Below, piece by piece: positions 1 to 8,538 of a DNA stretch of 64,000 nt. This DNA comes from an uncultured Pelagibacteraceae bacterium (lineage in GTDB: Bacteria > Pseudomonadota > Alphaproteobacteria > Pelagibacterales > Pelagibacteraceae): positions 5,399 to 69,398 of the forward strand of contig CACOKN010000004.1 in the NCBI GenBank assembly GCA_902627805.1. The letters are read 5' to 3'. Position 1 is the stretch's first letter; each line of letters opens with the position of its first letter. The notes below the pieces were generated by a model, which was given only the letters and a program-made list of their open reading frames with translations, searched no databases and had not been told where the DNA came from. Position numbers and translations under genes: made by a program.

Positions 1-1
1 T

Positions 2-190
2 ATCTCAAAATTTACTGGTAAAGAATTTTCCAAGTATATAATATATTTAGATGGAAATTATCAGTTTCCTAGACCAAAAAAAATTACTGCTAATATTTCT
101 AACAATCATAAAAAATATGCAATGACATGGTTTTCATTAGCGATTTCAATTCTTTTGCTATATTTATATTTTAGAAAAAAGAATTATTAA
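2..190 (+). CDS. SURF1-family cytochrome oxidase assembly protein, C-terminal fragment (5' end lies outside the window)
   Basis: Frame 2 is open from the window edge to TAA at 188-190. It translates to ...NNHKKYAMTWFSLAISILLLYLYFRKKNY, which resembles the SURF1 C-terminal H..YA.TWF motif plus the terminal TM helix. The stop abuts the thrC ATG. Confidence 0.5.
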   Translation: MSKFTGKEFSKYIIYLDGNYQFPRPKKITANISNNHKKYAMTWFSLAISILLLYLYFRKKNY

Positions 191-1564
191 ATGAACTATA
201 TTAGTACAAGAAATAATCAGAAAAATTTTACCTTTAAAGATGTTTTCCTCAAAGGTTTAGCAGATGATGGGGGACTATTTGTTCCCAAATCAATTAAACC
301 CTTTAAAGAGGATGAATTAGATAATCTAAAAAACTTAAGTTATAATGATTTGGCGGCTGAAATAATTTATCCATTCATAGGAGATTTCATGTCTAAAGAT
401 GATTTAATCTCTTTGATTTCAAAATCATATTTAAATTTCAGATCCGACGATGTTGTTAAAATCTCAGATTTAGGAGATTTAAAAGTGTTAGAACTATTTC
501 ATGGACCTACACTTGCTTTTAAAGATATCGCAATGCAACTAATAGGTAATTTTTATCAATATCATTTAGGCCGTGATCAAAAAAAAATTAATATAATAGT
601 AGCAACTTCAGGTGATACGGGTGCTGCTGCCATAGACGCCTTAAAGGGAAAAAATAATTTAAATGTTTTTGTCTTACACCCAAATAATAAAATTTCACCA
701 GTGCAAAGAAGGCTAATGACAATACATGAAGAGAGTAATGTATTTAATATTGCAGTAGAGGGTAATTTTGATGATTGCCAAAATTTAGTAAAAGCAATGT
801 TTAGTGACGAAAAATTTTCTAAAACAATTAATATGTCGGGTGTAAATTCAATTAATTGGGCAAGAATTATTGCTCAATCGGTGTATTATTTTTACGCTTA
901 CTTTAAACTTGGAAATGGTCAACCTCTATCCTTTTCTGTTCCAACAGGAAACTTTGGTGATATTTATGCTGGCTACTTAGCAAAAAAACTAGGTCTTCCA
1001 ATTGATAAACTTATCGTAGCTACAAATAAAAATGACATACTGCACAGAGCTATATCTGGTGGTGATTATAGTCAAAAGAAAGTTGAGGAAACAAATACTC
1101 CAAGTATGGATATACAAATAGCAAGTAATTTCGAAAGGCTTTTATACGACATCAAAGATTGTAATTCAGAAGTTACAAAAGATGTAATGGCTGAAATTAA
1201 AAATAATACTTATAAAATTGATAAAAATGACCTAGATAAAATCAAAAAGAATTTTATATCTGAAATGCTTGATGAAAACGAAACTATTAAAATGATAAAA
1301 ACTATTAATGATGAACATCAGATTGTTATTGATCCGCATACAGCAGTAGGTATTGGTGTAGTACGAAAATTAGGATTAGAAAAAGATTGTGTTGTTTTAT
1401 CAACTGCACACCCGTGTAAATTTCCTAAGGCAATAGAAGATGCAATTTTTAAAACTGAAAATTTACCAGATGGTCTTAAATACGTTAATGACAGAAAAGA
1501 AAAATTTGAAATTCTGTCAAATGATATTGAAAAAGTAAAAAAATATGTAATGCATTCGATATGA
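191..1564 (+). CDS. thrC: threonine synthase
   Basis: 457 aa. PLP-lysine motif FHGPTLAFKDIAMQ and glycine loop ATSGDTGAAA. Confidence 0.9.
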   Translation: MNYISTRNNQKNFTFKDVFLKGLADDGGLFVPKSIKPFKEDELDNLKNLSYNDLAAEIIYPFIGDFMSKDDLISLISKSYLNFRSDDVVKISDLGDLKVLELFHGPTLAFKDIAMQLIGNFYQYHLGRDQKKINIIVATSGDTGAAAIDALKGKNNLNVFVLHPNNKISPVQRRLMTIHEESNVFNIAVEGNFDDCQNLVKAMFSDEKFSKTINMSGVNSINWARIIAQSVYYFYAYFKLGNGQPLSFSVPTGNFGDIYAGYLAKKLGLPIDKLIVATNKNDILHRAISGGDYSQKKVEETNTPSMDIQIASNFERLLYDIKDCNSEVTKDVMAEIKNNTYKIDKNDLDKIKKNFISEMLDENETIKMIKTINDEHQIVIDPHTAVGIGVVRKLGLEKDCVVLSTAHPCKFPKAIEDAIFKTENLPDGLKYVNDRKEKFEILSNDIEKVKKYVMHSI

Positions 1565-2052
1565 AACTTAAAATAAATGAGCAACTACCAGATACAGAGA
1601 TTTTTCAACTTGTTGATGGAGAGCCTCAAAAAAGTAAATTAAGAGAAACTATTGGTAATGGTAAAGTTGTTTTGTTTGGTTTACCTGGGGCATTTACATC
1701 AACTTGCTCCAAACTTCACTTGCCAGGTTTTGTAGTAAATGCAGATAAAATCAAAGCAAAAGGAATAGAAAATATATTTTGTTTATCAGTAAATGATCCT
1801 TATGTGATGAATGGCTGGGGAGAGATTAATAATACTGGAGATAAAATCAAAATGTTATCTGACCCATATTTATTATTCACTAAAGCAATTGGAGCAGAAG
1901 TTGATCGTAATGCAAAAGGAATGGGAATTAGATCAAATCGTTATTTAATGGTCATTGAAAATTTCATAGTTGTTAATATTTATGTCGAAAAAGAAACTAA
2001 AGAATGTGGTTTAACGTCAGCAGAGAACTTATTAAATGATCTAAAATTATGA
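1561..2052 (+). CDS. peroxiredoxin, Prx5-like (AhpC/TSA family)
   Basis: 163 aa. LPGAFTSTCS peroxidatic-Cys motif. ATGA start/stop overlap with thrC. Confidence 0.85.
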   Translation: MKLKINEQLPDTEIFQLVDGEPQKSKLRETIGNGKVVLFGLPGAFTSTCSKLHLPGFVVNADKIKAKGIENIFCLSVNDPYVMNGWGEINNTGDKIKMLSDPYLLFTKAIGAEVDRNAKGMGIRSNRYLMVIENFIVVNIYVEKETKECGLTSAENLLNDLKL

Positions 2053-2125
2053 GAATTCAGTCTATACACATCTTTATGATTTTGATGATTTGTACACTGG
2101 ATTTGTTAGACCAAACTAAATCTAG

Positions 2126-2707
2126 ATGAAAAAATTGTTTTCCTATGTATTTTTAATAATATTAAGTTTTTCTGTTTCAACTTATGCCGATGATACCAGT
2201 GATTTTGAGATAGATGGAATGAGCATAGGTGATAGTTTGCTTGATTATTTTTCTAAAGAAAAAATTCTTAATGCTAGAAATTATGATGAATATCCCTCTG
2301 ATATGAAATTTAGAATTATAGATATTTTAACAGAGAACAATTTTTATGAAGGTGTTCAATTCTATTATATTCCTGGTGATGAAAAATTTATTATACAATC
2401 TTTAAATGGGAGAAAATTTTTTAGTAATATTCAAAACTGCTACACTGAAAAGAAAAAAATCGAGAAAGAATTATCAGATCAATTTGATAGCACAAAAATA
2501 AATCGCCAAAAAAAACAAAAACATAGGGATGACCCAACTGGTAAATCTACTTTTACGGCTACCTTTTTTTACTTAGTTAGTGGAGGGAGGGGATCGGTTA
2601 CTTGCTATGATTGGCACAAAGATACCGGTTACAAAAAAAATATTGCAGTTTCCATTCAATCTAAAACTGTTTCTGATTGGGTTGATAGTAATTATGGGAT
2701 GAATTAA
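2126..2707 (+). CDS. hypothetical secreted protein
   Basis: 193 aa with N-terminal signal peptide MKKLFSYVFLIILSFSVSTYA. I recognise no family motif. Confidence 0.55.
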   Translation: MKKLFSYVFLIILSFSVSTYADDTSDFEIDGMSIGDSLLDYFSKEKILNARNYDEYPSDMKFRIIDILTENNFYEGVQFYYIPGDEKFIIQSLNGRKFFSNIQNCYTEKKKIEKELSDQFDSTKINRQKKQKHRDDPTGKSTFTATFFYLVSGGRGSVTCYDWHKDTGYKKNIAVSIQSKTVSDWVDSNYGMN

Positions 2708-2746
2708 ACGATTTAGTAGTTTTATCTAATAGTATTCATTTTTAAA

Positions 2747-2773
2747 AAGGGGATGTTTTGTTGCCTGGTGCCC
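2747..2773 (+). repeat. GC-rich intergenic motif, copy 1 (AAGGGGATGTTTTGTTGCCTGGTGCCC)
   Basis: Starts 39 nt after the stop of the 2126-2707 ORF. 22 of 26 aligned positions match copy 2. Confidence 0.8.
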
Positions 2774-2865
2774 GAAGTTAGGTAAATTTCACTTATTTAT
2801 ACAACTCAAATAAACTAATTTTACGTATTAGTACGAGTCGGGCAAATGTGCTAGAGTCACTGATT

Positions 2866-4413
2866 ATGAAAAAGGTTTTAGGAGCATTAATTCTCTTTTT
2901 ATTTTGGTGTAGTGTTGCAAATGCATTTTTGTTACGAGATGTTTTGATTTTTGAAACTGGCAATGAATCTAAATATCAAGGAAAAACTAATTTTAATGGA
3001 AAAAATTATAATGTTTGGACTAAAAAAGATTTTAAAGGTCCAGATAATATTGAAAGAGATGTAGTTCAATTTGTACATACAGACAAGAATACTAATAAAG
3101 GAGAACAGATAACGATAATATATTACCCATCAGAAAACCGTGTTTCCTATAGATTTTATGAACCTGCAATAATAGACACACCTCAATGGGATAACTTCTA
3201 TTTAATCGAAGATTATTCAAAATATAAAAAATCCTGGTACACGAATAAATTTGTTTTTAGGGATGCTGCAACAGGTATTGATTATGGAAAATGGTTTTTA
3301 CGTGATGAAAAAAAATGGATGCGTGGAGTTGTAAATCATAATTTACCCGAAAATGAAAATTGGTTAGTATTTGAAGAAAATGAAGAACTGTATACACAAA
3401 CAGATCTTAGTAAAAAAAAAAGGAAACAAGAATTTAATAAAATATCCGAACATATTTCAAAATTTGAAGAGTATAAATATCTTGTGACTCAGATTGAAAA
3501 AGACTACTACGCAAAGGTTCAAAATAACGGTGGAAAAACTAAGATTACTGAAAAAATAAAACCAGATGAAATTCCAGACGATTTAGAGGCTGAAAAGAAA
3601 AAAATAGCCCGAGAAAGGGATGAATTACAGAAAGAAAGAGAGAGAATAATTAAAGAAAAAGAAAAATTGGAAAAAGAGAAAAAAAGAATGACCAAAGAAA
3701 AAAAACAAAAAGAGGAAGAAAAAAATCTTTACGCATTTAGTTCTGGGTCTGGATTTATTACTAAATCAGGAAATGACGGAAACATAATTACTAATTATCA
3801 TGTTATAGAAGGCTGTGACAAAGTTATTGTTTCTCATAAAGGAAATAGAATCATTGCTAAAATTTTTGCAGTTGATCAAACCAATGACCTAGCAATTCTT
3901 AAAGCAAATGTAAAAAGTCAAAATGTTTTTTCTGTATCTCTAAAGGATGCTGAATTATTAGAGGACATAATTATTGCAGGATTTCCATTAGGAAAAGAAG
4001 TAAGTGCTTCTATAAAAATTTCAAAAGGTAGCGTCTCTTCGCTCGCAGGTTATGGAGATAATTACTCAAATTTTCAGACAGATGCGGCTCTTAATCAAGG
4101 AAATAGTGGAGGGCCAATTATAAACCTACGTGGGGATGTGATTGGTGTGGCTGTTGCAAATTATGGCAAAAAAGAAGGAATAGAAAGTTTTAATTTTGGT
4201 GTCAAATCTTCAACCCTAAGGGCTTTTGCAAATTCTAATAATATTAAATTCAACATTTCAAGAAACCGTCAAATGTCTAATTCTGATCTTGGTAAATTGA
4301 TAACAGATGCAACAGTATTTCTGGAGTGTCAAATGACCATGGTAAAAATAAAAAAAATAATTACAGAAATAGAAAAAAATAAAAAAGCTGTGTATGAAGA
4401 ATTTAAAGAATAA
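2866..4413 (+). CDS. secreted trypsin-like (S1/DegP-type) serine protease with a unique N-terminal domain and a charged helical linker
   Basis: C-terminal domain carries TNYHVIEG (His), TNDLAILK (Asp) and NQGNSGGPII (Ser). Signal peptide MKKVLGALILFLFWCSVANA begins at ATG 2866; the ORF track begins at GTG 2848. A KE-rich stretch separates the two domains. Confidence 0.8.
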   Translation: MKKVLGALILFLFWCSVANAFLLRDVLIFETGNESKYQGKTNFNGKNYNVWTKKDFKGPDNIERDVVQFVHTDKNTNKGEQITIIYYPSENRVSYRFYEPAIIDTPQWDNFYLIEDYSKYKKSWYTNKFVFRDAATGIDYGKWFLRDEKKWMRGVVNHNLPENENWLVFEENEELYTQTDLSKKKRKQEFNKISEHISKFEEYKYLVTQIEKDYYAKVQNNGGKTKITEKIKPDEIPDDLEAEKKKIARERDELQKERERIIKEKEKLEKEKKRMTKEKKQKEEEKNLYAFSSGSGFITKSGNDGNIITNYHVIEGCDKVIVSHKGNRIIAKIFAVDQTNDLAILKANVKSQNVFSVSLKDAELLEDIIIAGFPLGKEVSASIKISKGSVSSLAGYGDNYSNFQTDAALNQGNSGGPIINLRGDVIGVAVANYGKKEGIESFNFGVKSSTLRAFANSNNIKFNISRNRQMSNSDLGKLITDATVFLECQMTMVKIKKIITEIEKNKKAVYEEFKE

Positions 4414-4433
4414 AGTTTATGCTAATAGATGTT

Positions 4434-4458
4434 AAGGGGCGTTCTGTTGCCAGGTGCC
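4434..4458 (+). repeat. GC-rich intergenic motif, copy 2 (AAGGGGCGTTCTGTTGCCAGGTGCC)
   Basis: Starts 20 nt after the protease stop. Its 3' end touches the stop codon of the convergent 76-aa ORF. Confidence 0.8.
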
Positions 4459-4688
4459 TAATCTTCATCCTCTCCCGCTAAACTTACACAAATCCCTAAA
4501 GTTATTAAACCAGCAAGAATTCCAAGTAATATAAAAAAACCATTCCAACCAATAACATCTGGTATCCAATGTAAAATTACGGGCATGAGATAACTTTCTT
4601 GAGGATTGTTTATTAACCAAAAATAAGCATATCCACCAACTACAATAGAGATTGGAAATTTTGCAATACTAAAAAATTTTTTAATCAT
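4458..4688 (-). CDS. small two-TM membrane protein, unknown function
   Basis: 76 aa with two hydrophobic helices and an acidic tail GEDED. No family recognised. Confidence 0.45.
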   Translation of the reverse strand: MIKKFFSIAKFPISIVVGGYAYFWLINNPQESYLMPVILHWIPDVIGWNGFFILLGILAGLITLGICVSLAGEDED

Positions 4689-4697
4689 AGTTTTTTT

Positions 4698-4720
4698 AAG
4701 AGGCGTTCTGTTCCATGCCC
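4698..4720 (+). repeat. GC-rich intergenic motif, copy 3, degenerate (AAGAGGCGTTCTGTTCCATGCCC)
   Basis: Starts 9 nt beyond the 5' end of the 76-aa minus-strand ORF. Same orientation as the other copies. Confidence 0.65.
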
Positions 4721-4846
4721 TCAGTAAAATATTACCATGAAATATAACTTTTTAAAGAGGTTCATAGTTAGGTACATAGTAATTTAAGGTTTTTTTGTAA
4801 CTGATTTGTGTTTGAGATACATAGTAATATTTGATTATATTGCTTA

Positions 4847-5224
4847 ATGAAAAAATTTTTTCTATTTATTTATCTTTTTTTGACATGGTGTAATTATAGT
4901 TTTGCCAATTCTTTTACATATAATTGTAATCTAAACAGTAAGTTTAAATTTGGTTCAGATGGTCAATGGGATCAAAAGTATGTTAAATTCACAATTAGTA
5001 GTTCGGGAAATAAAAAAATAAAAATATACGACCATGAAATTGGAATGTATTATAGTCCAGAAATGACAATTATTTATACAGATGAAAAAATGATTAATGC
5101 TGTTAGTATTGATGATTATTCAGGATTAGAAGGTTTAACTATAAACAAAAAAAATGGATATACACATTTAGTATTTTTAAGTAGCAAAGATAGCACCACC
5201 GTACATTTCGGTTTTTGTAAGTAA
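4847..5224 (+). CDS. hypothetical secreted protein
   Basis: 125 aa. Signal peptide MKKFFLFIYLFLTWCNYSFA resembles that of the protease (LFLxWC....A). Confidence 0.5.
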   Translation: MKKFFLFIYLFLTWCNYSFANSFTYNCNLNSKFKFGSDGQWDQKYVKFTISSSGNKKIKIYDHEIGMYYSPEMTIIYTDEKMINAVSIDDYSGLEGLTINKKNGYTHLVFLSSKDSTTVHFGFCK

Positions 5225-5244
5225 AAAATTAATTTATCTATTTA

Positions 5245-5270
5245 ATAGGGGTGTTCTGTCGCCAAGTGGC
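5245..5270 (+). repeat. GC-rich intergenic motif, copy 4 (ATAGGGGTGTTCTGTCGCCAAGTGGC)
   Basis: Starts 20 nt after the stop of the 4847-5224 ORF and ends 4 nt before the rnhA stop. Confidence 0.75.
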
Positions 5271-5274
5271 TCAA

Positions 5275-5697
5275 TTATAAGTTGGCAGCATTTTTAGCAA
5301 GTAAATCTACTTCGTTATTTAATTTATCTGTCGAATGTGCTTTTACCCAATTCCAGCTTATTTCAAATTCATTGTTTAGTAGATCCAGTTCTGACCAGAG
5401 TGATTTATTGCTTACATCTTTTTTGTTTGCAGTTTTCCATCCATTTTTTTTCCAATTATGTATCCACTCTGTTATTCCAGATTTAACATATTTAGAGTCA
5501 GTAAAAATCTGAACCTTGCTTCCTTTTGGAATTTTTTTAAGAGCTTCTATAGGTGCTAATAATTCCATTTGATTATTTGTAGTATCAATTTTACTTCCTT
5601 TAATTTCAGTTTTTTTCCCTTCATTTAAAATTATTGCTGCCCAACCCCCTTTGCCTGGATTACCAAGACATGAACCATCAGTATAAATTTTAATCAT
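5275..5697 (-). CDS. rnhA: ribonuclease HI
   Basis: 140 aa. IYTDGSCLGNPGKGGW, NNQMEL and FTDSKYV motifs. Confidence 0.9.
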   Translation of the reverse strand: MIKIYTDGSCLGNPGKGGWAAIILNEGKKTEIKGSKIDTTNNQMELLAPIEALKKIPKGSKVQIFTDSKYVKSGITEWIHNWKKNGWKTANKKDVSNKSLWSELDLLNNEFEISWNWVKAHSTDKLNNEVDLLAKNAANL

Positions 5698-6662
5698 TAA
5701 ACTAAATAATCCCTATAGTTTATTAAATTATTATGAACTATCAATTTTTGATAATATTCTCTTGGATCTTTAATTTTTATCAAAGCAGTTTTTGGGGTAT
5801 TTGTATAGTCGTAAAGTCTTGTAAGAAAATATCTCATCGCAGCAGCTCGGCATAAAATATTCAATGATTTTTTCTCTATACCAGAGATCTTTTTAATAAC
5901 TTCATATCCTCTAATTAAATTTTTAACTTTTTTTTTATTTAATTCAAATTGTGATTTTTTCTTATCAAAACAAAGAGCGTTGATACATATCGCTATTTCA
6001 TACATAAAATAATCGTTTGCAGCAAAATAAAAATCAATAATTCCAGAAATCTTATTTTTTTTAAAAAATATATTATCTATAAAAAGATCACCATGTATGA
6101 TTCCATTTGGGAGTTTTTTTGGCCATCTATTTTTTATTTCTCTAAAATTACTTTTGAGAAATTTCTCTAAATTAATGAATTTTTTTGATTTAAATTTAAT
6201 AGTATTTAATAATGGATTTAAATTTTTTATATTCATCGTATTTTTTCTAAATAATTTTATTTTCTTCGAGGAAGAGTGCATTTGAGCAATAGTTTTTCCA
6301 ATATCATAACAATTTTTCAAACTAAGATTTTTTTTATCTTTGCCATCAAGAAATGAGACAACACAAGCGACTTTATTCTTTATTTTAAATGTATATTTTC
6401 CATTGCGGTTTTTTAATGGTTTTGGACACCTTATCTTAAGATTGTTCAGTTGATCCATTAATTTCATAAAAAAAGGTATTTCTTTTTTTAATACTCTTTT
6501 TTCAAAAATAGTGAGAATATATTTTTTATTTTTTGATTTGAGTAAATAATTTGTATTCTCAATACCCTGTTTTATTCCTTTGAAATATTGAAAATTTTCA
6601 ATATCAAATTTTTTATTTATAAAGGATAAATCCTTTTTATTAATCTTGGTATAGACGGCCAT
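5697..6662 (-). CDS. thrB: homoserine kinase, type II (aminoglycoside-phosphotransferase fold)
   Basis: 321 aa. Kinase motif IIHGDLFIDNIFF...IIDFYFA. The ispH-thrB-rnhA order is conserved in alphaproteobacteria. Confidence 0.75.
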   Translation of the reverse strand: MAVYTKINKKDLSFINKKFDIENFQYFKGIKQGIENTNYLLKSKNKKYILTIFEKRVLKKEIPFFMKLMDQLNNLKIRCPKPLKNRNGKYTFKIKNKVACVVSFLDGKDKKNLSLKNCYDIGKTIAQMHSSSKKIKLFRKNTMNIKNLNPLLNTIKFKSKKFINLEKFLKSNFREIKNRWPKKLPNGIIHGDLFIDNIFFKKNKISGIIDFYFAANDYFMYEIAICINALCFDKKKSQFELNKKKVKNLIRGYEVIKKISGIEKKSLNILCRAAAMRYFLTRLYDYTNTPKTALIKIKDPREYYQKLIVHNNLINYRDYLV

Positions 6663-7616
6663 CTAATTTAATTTTTTAGGAACTTTGAAAATAACATCTT
6701 CTTTTATTATTTCTACTTCATCTATGGAGACACTAAATTTCTTTTTTAGTTTCTCTATAAAGTTTTCTACAAGTATCTCAGGTGCAGAGGCTCCAGAGGA
6801 AATTCCAATAGTATTTGAATTTTCAATTAAATCATATGGTATTTCACTTTGAGAGTGAATAAGGTGAGCGTTAAGACAACCCGATTTTTTTGCAACTTCT
6901 ACAAGCCTTACTGAGTTTGAGGAATTTCTACTTCCTATTACAAAAAAAATATCACAATTTTTCGCAATATTTTTTACAGCCATTTGTCTATTTGTTGTAG
7001 CGTAACAGATGTCTTCCTTCTGTGGCTCACGAATACCAGGAAACCTTTCTTTTAGAACCTCAATTATATCTTTTGTATCATCCACAGATAAAGTTGTTTG
7101 AGTAACAAATGCTAAATTTTTACCTTTTTCAAATTTATATTTTTTAGCTTCGTCCTCATTTTGAATGAGATCTATTGATCCCTCTGGTAATTGCCCCATT
7201 GTGCCAATTACTTCAGGATGATTTTGATGTCCAATAAGAATTAAGTGATAACCCATCTTATAAAGATTTTCGGCCTCCCTATGAACTTTAGATACTAATG
7301 GACAGGTAGCATCAACGTATGTCATCTTAAAATTTTCAGCTTCAGAGGGAACTTTTTTTGGAACGCCATGCGCAGAAAAAATTACAGGTCTAGTTTTATC
7401 TTTTATTTCCTCTAGTTCTTCGACAAATATGGCGCCTTTTTTTTTTAAGTCATCAACAACAAATTTATTATGAACAATCTCGTGCCGCACATAAACTGGA
7501 ACGCCATATTTATGTATAGCTTTTTCTACAATTTCAATCGCCCTTTCAACACCAGCACAAAAACCTCTTGGAGCAGATAATAGTATTTTAATTTCTTTGT
7601 TTTTCATTTTTCTCAA
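6663..7616 (-). CDS. ispH: 4-hydroxy-3-methylbut-2-enyl diphosphate reductase
   Basis: 317 aa. PRGFCAGVERAI, VRHEIVHN, SAHGV and ATCPLV motifs. Confidence 0.9.
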   Translation of the reverse strand: MRKMKNKEIKILLSAPRGFCAGVERAIEIVEKAIHKYGVPVYVRHEIVHNKFVVDDLKKKGAIFVEELEEIKDKTRPVIFSAHGVPKKVPSEAENFKMTYVDATCPLVSKVHREAENLYKMGYHLILIGHQNHPEVIGTMGQLPEGSIDLIQNEDEAKKYKFEKGKNLAFVTQTTLSVDDTKDIIEVLKERFPGIREPQKEDICYATTNRQMAVKNIAKNCDIFFVIGSRNSSNSVRLVEVAKKSGCLNAHLIHSQSEIPYDLIENSNTIGISSGASAPEILVENFIEKLKKKFSVSIDEVEIIKEDVIFKVPKKLN

Positions 7617-8532
7617 TTAAATATTCCAGCAATATATGCGGAAAAGTTAAAGACGCCAAACCTATAAAAATGACTTTAATAATTGAACTATTAAAATCAA
7701 ATTTATAATTAAGCAAATATAGACATATTAAACAAAAAGAAGCAGTTAAAATAGTTAGTGGTAATGCTTTCTTTATAAAAATTTTAAAGCCATTTTTAAT
7801 ATTATCACCATCTAACTCATCCATTAATGAAATGCTATGTCTTATTGAATGTAAAAAACAAAAATAGGCAGTAAACGCGACTAAAGGTGATAGATAATAA
7901 TTTAGGATCAAAATAGAAAAATAATCAAAAAAAATAGTTAAATTCTTATAATTGAATTCCTTTACGAACAAAATAATATTTGCAATAGAACTTATAATTA
8001 TTCCCAAGAGTATTAATTTGTTATTTTCTATATACCCCAAACTGGAGTAAAAATTTTCATTATCAACAAGTAATAATTTAAATAAAGATACGGTTTCGTC
8101 AAAATAGAAAAAAATAGGTGCTAAAATTATTAGACTTCCTTTTAAAAAATATAATATTTGAATTAAAAATGTTTCATTATTAATTAAAAACTGAGTATCT
8201 TCTTTTCCAAAATGGTATGAGGCAACAAATAAAAATATTATTAATGAAATAGAAGGAATTAAAATCCAAAAGACTATCACAATCGATGCTATTAATGTGT
8301 ATGTAAAATAAAAAAGAGAAATATTATTTATTTTTAAAATTTTAAAAAGTTTCTCTCCTTTTAAGTGGTCTAAAGAGCCGTGTGATACGCCGATAACTAA
8401 AATCAAAAATAAACACAAAAGCGGCGATAGTGTAAAATTACTAAATTTAAATAGAATAAGGGAAAAAATATTACAAAATAAAAAAAAAATAAAAGAATGA
8501 TTAAGATTAATTTTTTTTAAGTTAATATTCAT
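7588..8532 (-). CDS. blh: beta-carotene 15,15'-dioxygenase, Brp/Blh family (retinal synthesis)
   Basis: 314 aa polytopic membrane protein. Four His-containing motifs (SHGSLDH, YHFGKED, LHSIRH, FPHILLE). Lies directly after crtY. Confidence 0.75.
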   Translation of the reverse strand: MNINLKKINLNHSFIFFLFCNIFSLILFKFSNFTLSPLLCLFLILVIGVSHGSLDHLKGEKLFKILKINNISLFYFTYTLIASIVIVFWILIPSISLIIFLFVASYHFGKEDTQFLINNETFLIQILYFLKGSLIILAPIFFYFDETVSLFKLLLVDNENFYSSLGYIENNKLILLGIIISSIANIILFVKEFNYKNLTIFFDYFSILILNYYLSPLVAFTAYFCFLHSIRHSISLMDELDGDNIKNGFKIFIKKALPLTILTASFCLICLYLLNYKFDFNSSIIKVIFIGLASLTFPHILLEYLIEKNEKQRN

Positions 8533-8538
8533 TTAAGT

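Noticed and set aside
4434-4458. Reading the GC-rich repeat as a sigma-54 promoter (TGGCA..TTGC-like on the reverse strand), as an integron attC site, or as a tRNA 3'-end remnant (TGGTGCCC in copy 1).
   Set aside because: The spacing and sequence do not fit the TGGCAC-N5-TTGC consensus. The motif is far shorter than attC (about 60-140 nt), lacks the paired RYYYAAC/GTTRRRY arms, and no integrase is present. The CCA-like match occurs in only one copy and has no T-arm behind it.
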